DNA from: Malacoraja senta
Lineage: Eukaryota
Assembly (NCBI GenBank): GCA_038087875.1
Contig: CM075994.1
Span: 5,768,001 to 5,832,000, forward strand
Reading direction: 5' to 3'
DNA: 64,000 nucleotides
The notes below the pieces were generated by a model. It was given only the letters and a program-made list of their open reading frames with translations, did not search any database and was not told the DNA's origin. How positions within the stretch are numbered: the first letter of the stretch is position 1; each line of letters starts with the position of its first letter. Both the position numbers and the translations under genes were made by a program. Positions 1-10,182 of this stretch are shown here, piece by piece.

Positions 1-69
1 GAGACAAGATTACAAACACAAGAAGGCATTTTAAATGTGCGCCGTTTGATGTTCAGGCAACAATTGCGC

Positions 70-642
70 CGGAAGACCGCAGCTGGAGTATTGTATGCAG
101 TTTTGATCTCTTAATTTCAGGAAGGACATTCTTTCTATTCAGGGAATATACCGTAGGTTCACCACCTTAATTCCCGGGATGCTGGGATTGACATATGATG
201 AAATAATGGATCGACTGGGCTTGCATTCACTGGAATTTACAAGGATGAGAGAGGATCTCATAGAAACTGAAAATTGTTAAGGGACTGGACAGGCTAAATA
301 CAGGAAAAATGTGCCCCATGTTGTTGGAGTCCATAACCTGGGGTCACAATTTACGAATAAGTGGCAGGCCATTGAGGACTGAGATGAGGAAAAACTTTTT
401 CAGCGAGAGTGTTGTGAATCTGTGGAATTCTATGACACAGAAGGCAATGGAGGACAATTCACTAGATGTATTCCAGAGTTAGTTAGATAGATATAGCTCT
501 TAGGGCGAGGTGAATAAAGGGATATGGGGGAAAAGCAAGATCAGGGTACTGATTCTGGGTGATCAGACATGATCATATTGAATGGCGGTGCTGGCTCGAA
601 GGCCGGAATGGCCTACGCCTGCATCTATTTTCTATGTTTCTA
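70..642 (+). mobile_element. CR1/HER1-type LINE, decayed 3' fragment
   Basis: Similar to 29720-30195 (RP.LEYC.QF end of ORF2, 3' UTR gaatggcggtgctggctcgaagg..ccgaatggcct, TTTCTATG tail ending ~642). Confidence 0.85.
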
Positions 643-1743
643 TTATAATACGAAACATGATCATTGACGTCGTAGATAGAAATTGGCTATGGAAAATGTA
701 TGCATGTCGAGGCTGGTGTTTGGTTTGCGTACAACCTGTCCTAGAATACACGAGAACACAAGGGCGTATGGGAACGGGAACAATAATGCAGTTGTTAAGG
801 TTTCTCAGACAAAATATTCATGAGGTCTTCTATTTGTAAATAGTAAGCACTGCAGCTAACCTTGATTTTGCATGGAATGCCTTGACTTGGTGCAAGCGAT
901 CAAATTGAATTCCATTCAAGCTCTACCGATTGTACAGAAACATATTATGATCAAATGGTGGTTGCGGAAGGGTGTGTAGGCGGGGAGGGGGGGAGTTGTA
1001 AGCGACGAGCGGTTAGAGGAAGTTGCCCAGGAATCATAAGTGCACGGTTTGCAAGTACGTGGCATGTCAATAGATAAATGACAAATGTGATTATGTTCTA
1101 CTTAGTCAACCGCCATGAACAAATTATTTCGCGGAAACATATCAACTAATTTATCCCCAATTACTGACATCATTCTTGCACCTTATCAAGAATAGGATTG
1201 GTGTATTCAGGCATCGTTGGAAATGACAATTAGCCTTTATACCGTACAATGCCAGAGGATAACCATATTCAACAAGGAAAAATAAACTACCCAGCTTTAT
1301 CGTATCACGATCGTTCAAACTTATCATAACCTTTCTCACCACTACCGAGAAAGAATTAGGCCAACCACACGTATACTGGGTTACTGCAGTAGATGAAATT
1401 ATATCTGTGTTCAATGATACACTTTCTGGCACGTTGCGGCCTTTCCATCGTTCTTGTCCCGAAAGTCTGATGTGTGAATGAGTATTGCCATGTCCTTGAA
1501 AGACTGCAACTCTGACAACACCCTCAAAAATCAAAGCACGCAGGCCACGGCATCCCTCATTAATGGCATTCCACGTACTCCACATCACATACATTATTAC
1601 TGTCACATCATCCTCTCGCAACCTATATGGTATTCAGCATTTTGAATGACCCGGGTGCTCCCATAACACCTTACAAACGTAAAGATTTGGAGAACATGCA
1701 CGGGAGCATGACAATCTGTATAATATCAATCGCGCACATCATA

Positions 1744-1744
<1 letters not shown>

Positions 1745-1811
<67 letters not shown>

Positions 1812-1950
1812 TATAGATATATAGATATAGATATAGATATAGATATAGATATAGATATAGATATAGATATAGATATAGATATAGATATATAGATATATAT
1901 ATAGGTATATATAGATAGATAGATATATATAGAGATATATATATATATAT
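1745..1950. repeat. Compound (AT)n/(ATAGAT)n microsatellite
   Basis: Read directly; explains the YIYI/SISI ORFs. Confidence 0.98.
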
Positions 1951-2782
1951 CAATTTGCGTTTCGGTGGCAATGCCAACTAAAATTGTGCCGATCTTACTC
2001 GTCGTTTTTTTCAGCACTGCAAACACTGCTGGATGTGTACATCGAAACAGGTATTATGTTGCTCCTCGGAGTTACTCCAAAACATTTTGGATTATTTCTC
2101 CTTACTTTCCGAATTTACTTTAGGCCAAACATCGCCAGGAGGCCTATAATGCAAAGTTGATTTGTTATACTACCAAAAGTTACATTTTAAAAAGATGTGA
2201 ATTTTGAGATTCCCAATTCTGGCATCAGGAAAGCTTAATACAACAAGGATACACGTTGCACGTGTGTACGTCTTGGACAATACATTGCAGAATGGGTCCT
2301 TTTTTTTGGTTTCTGCGGTTGATCAGCCAAAACGGTGTTATTTGCGCCATGATGCAAAATATTTGACAGCGCTCCCATATTACAGCAATTAATCTATCTA
2401 TATAACCAAAAGTCTGATTTTGACCACTTCCTGTTGATCTGTACATTGATTTTAGATAAAACGTTGCCACTTACGGCTGTGATTAATGGCAATTTTACTC
2501 AGAGTCCCCCTCCGCTGCGCAGGATGTGGATTTTTCCCATTCATGAAAGATAAAAGAGTTATTAGTGTTTAAATAATGTTGAGATTCTCTCTCCTAGCCA
2601 CGCCCTTCCAGAGGGACTATAAAACCCGGAAGCGTGGTGTGCCTCGGTTCTCTGTAAGATGGGGGAGCGAGAGGTCGCAATTCTCAGTCTGAGCTGTGAA
2701 TAAAACTGAACACATGTCTACTGAACTGTGAGTGGTTTTACTGACCTGTCAGTGCCCTTAATGTGGTTTGAAAATATAGTTT

Positions 2783-3178
2783 GGAAATGCTAACGCTGTG
2801 TTGCCTTTGGTTTGGAAATGCTAACGCTGTGTTGCCTTTGGTTTGGAAATGCTAATGCTGTGTTGCCTTTGGTTTGGAAATGCTAATGCTGTGTTGCCTT
2901 TGGTTTGGAAATGCTAACGCTGTGTTGACTTGGGTTTGGAAATGCTAACGCTGTGTTGCCTTTGGTTTGGAAATTCTAAAGCTGTGTTGCCTTTGGTTTG
3001 GAACTGCTAACGCTGTGTTGCCTTTGGTTTGGAAATGCTAACGCTGTGTTCCCTTTGGTTTGGAAATGTTCACGCTGTGTAGCCTTTGGTTTGGAAATGC
3101 TAACACTGTGTTGCCTTTGTTTTGGAAATGCTAACGCTGTGTTGCCTTTGGTTTGGAAATGCTAACGCTGTGTTGCCT
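2783..3178 (+). repeat. 31-bp minisatellite (~13 copies) GGAAATGCTAACGCTGTGTTGCCTTTGGTTT
   Basis: Period 31 (2783 to 2814), units directly adjacent. Confidence 0.95.
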
Positions 3179-3291
3179 AATTAAAGTCGCCTTGCCTAAG
3201 TAAAGTCGCCTTGCTTAATTAAAATCGCCTTGCTTAATTAAAGTTGCCTTGCCTAATTAAATTTACCTTGCCTAATTAAAGTTGCCTTGCC
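3175..3291 (+). repeat. 19-bp minisatellite GCCTAATTAAAGT(C/T)GCCTT; related arrays at ~4475-4620, ~7830-7908, ~8527-8624
   Basis: Read directly; each array precedes the next module. Confidence 0.9.
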
Positions 3292-4632
3292 TTCTATATA
3301 ATTAAAAGTCTAATCTTGACCACTTCCTATTTGCGCTTTATATTGATTTTAGAAAAAATGCTACGACGTACGGCTGTGAATTTTGGCCATCTTACTCAGT
3401 CCCCCTCCGCTCATCAGCTGCCGAGGAATTTTCCCATCGATGAAAAATAAAAGAGATTAGTGTATTAAAAATGTTGACATTTTCTCTCCTGTCAATCACG
3501 CGATGAAGGCCACGCCCCTTCTGGTGGGAGGGACTATAACACCCAGAAGTGTGGGCGTGGCTAAGTCTCTGCAAGTGGGAGGAGGGAGAGGTCACCACTC
3601 GCTGTATTTAGTGGCCTTGCACCCTGCTTGAAAATGGTATGAAACTGCACATCAATTTGGTAGCCTTGCACCCTGCTTGAAATGAAATTTCAAGGAATAG
3701 CCGTGAGTCAACTGCCAGCCCACCAGCTTTGAGTGAGTAAGCTGCCAGCACAACAGGATTCAGTGACTGAGCCGCCAGCCCAATAATCCATTCGGCCCAC
3801 AATGTCCATACTAGTCCTCTTGAAACCAGTCCCTTAGCGCTCCAGAAAGCCGCCCCTCCCCCCCCCCCACCCCCCAATATTAGAATTGGTGGAGTGGTGG
3901 AATATTGCGTTGGGGGACCAGCCCTCGCGTGTGAAGCTGGGACCCAACGGGTCGCACTTAGTCTATATATTACTAAAAGACTGAACTTGACGTCTCCCTC
4001 TTGTTCTGTATATTGATTTTAGAAATAACGCTGCCACTTACGGCTGTGATGATTGGCCATCTTACTCAAAATCCCCCTCCGCTGCGCAGGACAAGAGGAT
4101 TTTTCCCATCGAAGAAATATAAAAGAGTTATTTGTGTTTAAAAAATGTTGAGATTCTATCTACTGAAGGCCACGCCTCTTCCGGAGGTACAATAAAACCG
4201 GGAAGTGTTGAGGTGCCTCAGTTCTCTGCACGGTGGGGGAGCGAGTGGTCGCAATTCTCAGGCTGTGCTGTGAATAACACTGAACACATGTCTACTAAAC
4301 TGTGAGTGGTTTTACTGACCTGTCAGTGTTCTTAATGTGGTTTGAAAATGTAGTTTGAAAATGCAAGAGTGTGTTTTGGTTTGAAAGTGCTAGAACTCTG
4401 TTGCCTTTGGTTTTGAAAGTGCCAAAGCAAGCTGTGTTGCCTTTGGTTTTGAAAATGCTAAAGCAAGCTGCCTTGCCTAATTAGAGCTGACTTGCCTAAT
4501 TAGAGCTGCCTTGCCTAATTAGAGTTGCCTTGCCAAATTAGGGATTGCCTTACCTAATTAGGGATTGCCTTGCCTAATTAGAGCTGCCTGCCCAATTAGA
4601 GTTGCCTTGCCCAATTAGAGCTGTTTGCGCTT

Positions 4633-4808
4633 TATATTGGTTTTAGGAAATACGCTTCGACGTAGGGGTGTGATTTTTGGCCATTTAACTCAGAATCCCC
4701 TTCCGCTCATCAGGTGCCGAGAATTTTTCCCATCGAGGAAAAATAAAAGAGTTATTAGTGTTTAAAAAATGTTCAGAGTCTATCTCCTGAAGGCCACGCC
4801 CCTTCCAT
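4633..4808 (+). repeat. Left copy of 176-bp direct duplication flanking the L1
   Basis: Matches 7147-7322; I found one T/C difference by eye. Confidence 0.9.
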
Positions 4809-6701
4809 TTATTTTATGGATTAAGTTACTATATAACAAACCTACAGCTAGAATACTAACTAATAACATATTATCCTCGAAATTTCAACTATCAAGGGGA
4901 AATAGACAAGGATGCTCATTATCACCACAGCTGTTTGCTCTCATTATTGAACCGCTAGCAGAAAAAATTAGAATACACCCTGATATTCATGGATATAATA
5001 CTAAAGACTCATATAATAAAATATCTTTATACGTGGATGATATATTACTGTATATTACAAAACCTCAAATCACTATACCAAATATATTAAATTTAATTGA
5101 AGACTTTGGATCTTTTTCTGGATATAGAATAAATTGGAATAAAAGTGAAATTATGTCAATAAAACCGAAAGATTCAACACATCTTTTAAAATTCCCTTTT
5201 AAAACAGCTACAGAAAAATTTAAATATTTGGGAATCGAAATTACCAGAACATATCAAGGTATGTTCAGGGCAAATTTTGACCCCCTACTTAATAAATTAA
5301 ATACACTAATTAAATTCTGGAAAACGCTCCCGGTGTCTTTAATAGGCCGAATAAACGCAATAAAAATGATCTTTTTACCACAAATTTTATACCTATTTCA
5401 ATCAATTCCTATATACTTACCCAAGAAGTTTTTTAAAAAACTCGACTCAGATATCACTAATTTTATATGGGACTATAAATCACATAGAATACCAAAAACT
5501 CATCTGAATAAACCTAAAGTATTGGGGGGTTTAGCACTACCTAATTTTATGTATTATTATTGGTCAGTAAATATTAAAAACATGATTCAACTGATGGATA
5601 ACTCCGCCCAGCAAGTAGACTGGATTGTAATGGAGAAAGAGGATTGCTCCTCTAGAAACATTGGAGCGATCCTCCTCTCTCCAATGAAACTGAATAACAT
5701 AAATTATAATAAGAACCCAATTATTCATAGTACAATCCGTATTTGGAAACAAATAAAACAAAATTTAAAATTAAGAAATTTATCACTTTTATTACCTATA
5801 GTCAATAACCCTTCGTTTAGTCCTTCTATTGTAGATAAAGCTTATACACAATGGGATAGACTAGGAATTAAAACGCTTGGTGACTTGTATGAAACTGGAA
5901 AATTACTTTCATTTCAACAATTACAAATAAAATATAAACTCGGAAATAATCAATATTTTAAATATTTTCAAATATGCGACTATTTGAAAAAATATACAAA
6001 AGATCATTATAATAACCCAGTAGATGTATTGGACGAGGCAATGCAGATAAAAGCGGAATCAGCAAACTTAATATCATATTTGTATAATATTATTTTAAAA
6101 TGTACAAATACCACCTACGGAGGGTATGAGAAGAGACTGGGAACAAGAGTTAGCTATTAAAATTTCAAAGGAAATTTGGAATGAATACTTATTAAACGTG
6201 CATAAATGCTCGATTAATGTAAGACACACCTTAATACAATTTAAAATTTTACATAGATTATATTATTCGAAAACTAAAATTCATAAAATTTTCCCAAATG
6301 TATCATCTATTTGTGATAAATGTCAATCCCAAGAAGCTACTATAGCGCACTCATCCGTCTTCTGTACAAAAATTCAAAAATTTTGGAATGAAATTTTTGA
6401 AATCTTTACAAAGTTATTTAAAACAAGACTGATACCCAAAGCAGAATGGATTATCTTCGGAATAACGGAAGATGATCCAGAACTAAATGTGTTTCAAAAG
6501 AAATTAATGGACTATGGGTTAATAACTGGAAAAAAGCTAATTCTAAAATTTTGGAAGAAGGCTCCAATACCAACTATAAGTATGTGGATTTCAAATATGT
6601 TTGAAACATTACACCTAGAAGAGATAAGACTCCTCCTAGCAGGTAAACCAGATCACTTCCACCTGACGTGGTCTGCATTTATAGAATTATTACAAACATA
6701 G
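4809..6701 (+). pseudogene. L1 ORF2 fragment (RT to C-terminus), one frameshift near 6100
   Basis: ORFs 4769-6160 and 6126-6701; the first ~13 codons of the predicted ORF come from flanking repeat DNA. Confidence 0.9.
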
Positions 6702-7104
6702 GGTGCAAAAGTACTTTAAAAAAAATAAAAAAATTGAGGTCAGGTAAGGGGGGATGATAGTTGAAGAGTTGGTATGTCCTATTTACGTAATGCTCAAAAA
6801 AATATAATTTTTTTTTTTTTTTCCTCTCTCTCTTTCTCTTTTTTTTCCTAGGGCCTATTTCGTAACTCTTTTTCTTTTGTTTTTAATTTCGCTCTTATAG
6901 GGTCTTCGTCCTTTTTTGTTGTTACATTTTCTACACTTTTCTACACTTTCACTTTATCCTTCACTTTCTTCTTTCTTTCAATCTTTTCCTTTTCTAGTGT
7001 AAAAAAATAAATAAAGGGAGTACATTAATTGTAAGAAGATATAAATGACGAGTATTAATGTATGTGGTTGTAATGTAATGTACTTCTAATAAATAAAATT
7101 TAAA

Positions 7105-7110
<6 letters not shown>
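4809..7110 (+). mobile_element. 5'-truncated L1-clade LINE
   Basis: RT motifs RGNRQGCSLSPQLF, SLYVDD, SGYRINWNKS, FKYLGI, GGLALPN; C-terminal CCHC-type CDKC..H....C; T-rich 3' UTR; AATAAA ~7088 and short A tail. Confidence 0.93.

Positions 7111-7150
<40 letters not shown>
7109..7150. repeat. (TA)n microsatellite at the L1 3' junction
   Basis: Read directly. Confidence 0.95.
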
Positions 7151-7154
<4 letters not shown>

Positions 7155-7322
7155 TTTTAGGAAATACGCTTCGACGTAGGGGTGTGATTTTTGGCCATTT
7201 AACTCAGAATCCCCTTCCGCTCATCAGGTGCCGAGAATTTTCCCCATCGAGGAAAAATAAAAGAGTTATTAGTGTTTAAAAAATGTTCAGAGTCTATCTC
7301 CTGAAGGCCACGCCCCTTCCAT
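7147..7322 (+). repeat. Right copy of 176-bp direct duplication flanking the L1
   Basis: Matches 4633-4808; the module continues normally (AGGGACTACAAAACCCGGAAGT) after it. Confidence 0.9.
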
Positions 7323-7529
7323 AGGGACTACAAAACCCGGAAGTGTGGAGGTGCCTCAGTTCTCTGCAAGGTGGGGGAGCGAGAGGTCGCAATTCTCAGT
7401 CTGAGCTGTGAATAACACTGAACACATGTCTACTAAACTGTGAGTGGTTTTACTGACCTGTCAGTGCCCTTAATGTGGTTTGAAATTTTAGTTTGAAAAT
7501 GCAAACGTGTGTTTTGGTTTGAGAGTATT

Positions 7530-7830
7530 AAAGCTGTGTTGCCTTTGGTTGTTAAAGTGCTAAAGCAAGCTGCGTTGCCTTTGGTTTTGAAAGTGCTAAA
7601 ACAAGCTGTGTTGCCTTTGGTTTTGAAAGTGCTAAAGCAAGCAGCCTTGCCTTTGGTTTTTAAAGTGCTAAAGCAAGCTGCCTTGCCCTTGGTTTTCAAA
7701 GTGCTAAAGCAAGCTGCATTGCCTTTGGTTTTGAAAGTGCTGAGGAAAGCTGCCTTGCCTTTGGCTTTGAAAGTGCTAAAGCAAGCTGCATTGCCTTTAG
7801 TTTTGAAAGTGCTAAAACAAACGACCTTGC
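7530..7830 (+). repeat. 36-bp minisatellite TTGCCTTTGGTTTTGAAAGTGCTAAAGCAAGCTGCC (second array ~8325-8527)
   Basis: Gives the 12-aa VLKQAALPLVLK periodic ORFs; related to the 31-bp unit of copy 1. Confidence 0.93.
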
Positions 7831-9404
7831 CTACTTAGAGCTGCCTTGTCCAATTAGAGCTGCCTTGCCTAATTAGAGCTGCCTTGCCTAATTAGAGCTG
7901 CCTTGCCTTCTATATAATTAAAAGTCTAATCTTGACCACTTCCTGTTTGCGCTTAATAGAGATTTTTGAAAAAACGCTACCACGTCCGGCTGTGATTTTT
8001 GGCCATCTTACTTAGAGTCCCCCTCCGCTCATCGGGTGCAGAGGATTTTCCCCATCGATGAAAAATTAAAGAATAATTAGTGTTTAAACACTGTTGAGAT
8101 TCTCTCTCCTGAATACCACGCCCCTTCCGGAAGGGGTATAAAACTCGAAAATGTGGAGGTGCCTCGTTTCCCTGCAAGATGGGGGAGCGAGAGGTCGCAA
8201 TTCTCAGTCTGAGCTGTGAATAACTCTGAACACATGTCTGCTAAACTGAGTGGTTTTACTGACCTGCCAGTGCCCTTAATGTGGTTTGAAAATGTAGTTT
8301 GAAAATGCAAACGTGTGTTTGGTTTGAAAGTGCTAAAGCTGTGTTATCTTTGGTTATGAAAGTGCTAAAGCAAGCAGTGTTGCCTTTGGTTTTGAAAGTG
8401 CTAAAGCAAGCTGCCTTGCCTTTGTTTTTGAAAGTGCTAAAGCAAGCTGCCTTGCCTTTGGTTTTGAAAGTGCTGAAGCAAGCTGCCTTGCCTTTGGTTT
8501 TGAAAGTGCTAAAGCAAGCGTCCTTGCCTAATTAGAGCTGCCTTGCCTAATTAGAGCTGCCTTGCCAAATTAGAGCTGCCTTGCCAAATCAGAACTGCCT
8601 TGCCAAATCAGAGCTGCCTTGCCTTCTAAATAATTAAAAGTCTAATCTTGACCACTTCCGGTTTGCGCTTTGTATTGATTTCAGTAAAAACGCTACCACG
8701 TACGGCTGTGATTTTTGGCCATCTTACTCAGTCCCCCTCCGCTCATCAGGTGCCGAGAACTTTTCCCATCGATGAAAAATACACAGTTATTAGTGTTTTT
8801 TAAATGTTGAGATTCTCTCTCCTGTCAATCACGCCATGAAGGCAACGCCCCTTCTGGTGGGAGGGGGGAGGGACTATAACACCCGGAAGTGTGGGCGTGG
8901 CTCAGTCCTCTGCAAGATGGGGAGGGAGAGGTCATGACTCGCTGTCTTTAGTGGCCTTGCACCCTGCTTGCACCCTGATTGAAATGGAATTTCAAGGAAT
9001 AGCCGTGAGTGAACTGCGAGCCCACCAGACGTGATTGAGTGAGCTGCCAGCACAACAAGCTTGTGTGACTGAGCCGCCAGCCCAAGAATCCATTCGACCC
9101 ACAATGGCCACATAGCCCTATGAAAACCAGTCCCTTCTGCGCACAACACCCATACTAGCGCTCCAGAAAGCCCCCCCCTCCCCCACCCACTAGCCTCCAA
9201 TATTGGAATTGGTGGAGGTGGAATATTGCGTTGGGGGACCAGCCCTCCCGTGTGATGCTGGGACCCAACGGGTCCCACAGTCAAGTATTTCATAAATATG
9301 TGCCAATATTTGAAATCTTCAAGAAATTTGAAACTGTGAGCAAACTACTCAAACGACGCATACTACAGGTCACAGCAGGGCTTCAATATTCACCATTGTC
9401 ACTT

Positions 9405-9955
9405 TAGAACACAGAATAGAGCTGTAAAGCACACGAACGGGCTATTCGGCCCACACTGATTTTGCCGAATATGCCGCAAATTAAGACTGATCTCATCTGC
9501 CTGCACGTTCCTTATCCTTTCCTTCCCTGCACTCCCTTGTGCCGACCGAAAAGACCCATAAACGACACTGTCGCATCTGCCTCCACCATCACACGTAGCT
9601 ATGCGTTCCAGCTCCCCACACACGTGTGAAAACAAACATGCCCACACATATCAATTAAATTGTATCCCTCTTCTACCTGTAGCTATGCCCTCTAGTTTTG
9701 GAACTTTCCGCCCTGGAAATAAGGTTTTCTCTCTCCATCTTATTTATGCCTCTCATTTTATTTATATTTCCATCGTCCACTCAACCTCAAATATTTGTGA
9801 GAAAACAAGATGTATTTCCAACCTCACGCTGTAGATGAAACATTCTGATCCATGCAGCATTCTGGGACACCTCCTCTGCATTCCCTCGAAATCTTCAACA
9901 TCTTTCCTGTAACTGAGCGACAAGAACTGCACGCAATCTTCCAAATGCAAGAAGC
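9405..9955 (-). mobile_element. Decayed CR1-type LINE 3' fragment
   Basis: Minus-strand translation LEDCVQFLSLSYRKDVEDFEGMQRRCPRML resembles the CR1 ORF2 C-terminus; tail-like sequence near 9405-9455. Confidence 0.75.
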
Positions 9956-9982
9956 TCAATGTCCCGTATGATGACTTCCTGA

Positions 9983-10182
9983 NNNNNNNNNNNNNNNNNN
10001 NNNNNNNNNNNNNNNNNNNNNNNNNNNNNNNNNNNNNNNNNNNNNNNNNNNNNNNNNNNNNNNNNNNNNNNNNNNNNNNNNNNNNNNNNNNNNNNNNNNN
10101 NNNNNNNNNNNNNNNNNNNNNNNNNNNNNNNNNNNNNNNNNNNNNNNNNNNNNNNNNNNNNNNNNNNNNNNNNNNNNNNNNN
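9983..10182. other. Assembly gap (200 N)
   Basis: Run of n; the round length suggests a placeholder. Confidence 0.99.

Larger units (their letters stand above)
2397..3961 (+). mobile_element. Non-autonomous Helitron-like element, copy 1
   Basis: Starts A|TCTATATAACCAAAAG; subterminal hairpin TGGGACCC-AAC-GGGTCGCA (3938-3956) followed by CTTAG; two internal 5' modules (2397, 3293); no TIR or TSD seen. Confidence 0.7.
3962..9285 (+). mobile_element. Non-autonomous Helitron-like element, copy 2 (four modules, interrupted by L1)
   Basis: Starts TCTATATATTACTAAAAG right after copy 1; modules at 3962, ~4621/7147, 7909, 8625; perfect hairpin TGGGACCC-AAC-GGGTCCCA (9259-9277) then GTCAAG|T, a CTAG variant. 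Confidence 0.7.

Noticed and set aside
2783..3178. 31-bp and 36-bp repeats as a CRISPR array
   Set aside because: Units are directly adjacent with no unique spacers, there are no cas genes and the context is eukaryotic.
7509..8535. VLKQAALPLVLK repeat ORFs as amphipathic peptide genes
   Set aside because: A 36-bp unit is a multiple of 3 and happens to lack stops; the homologous 31-bp array keeps no frame.
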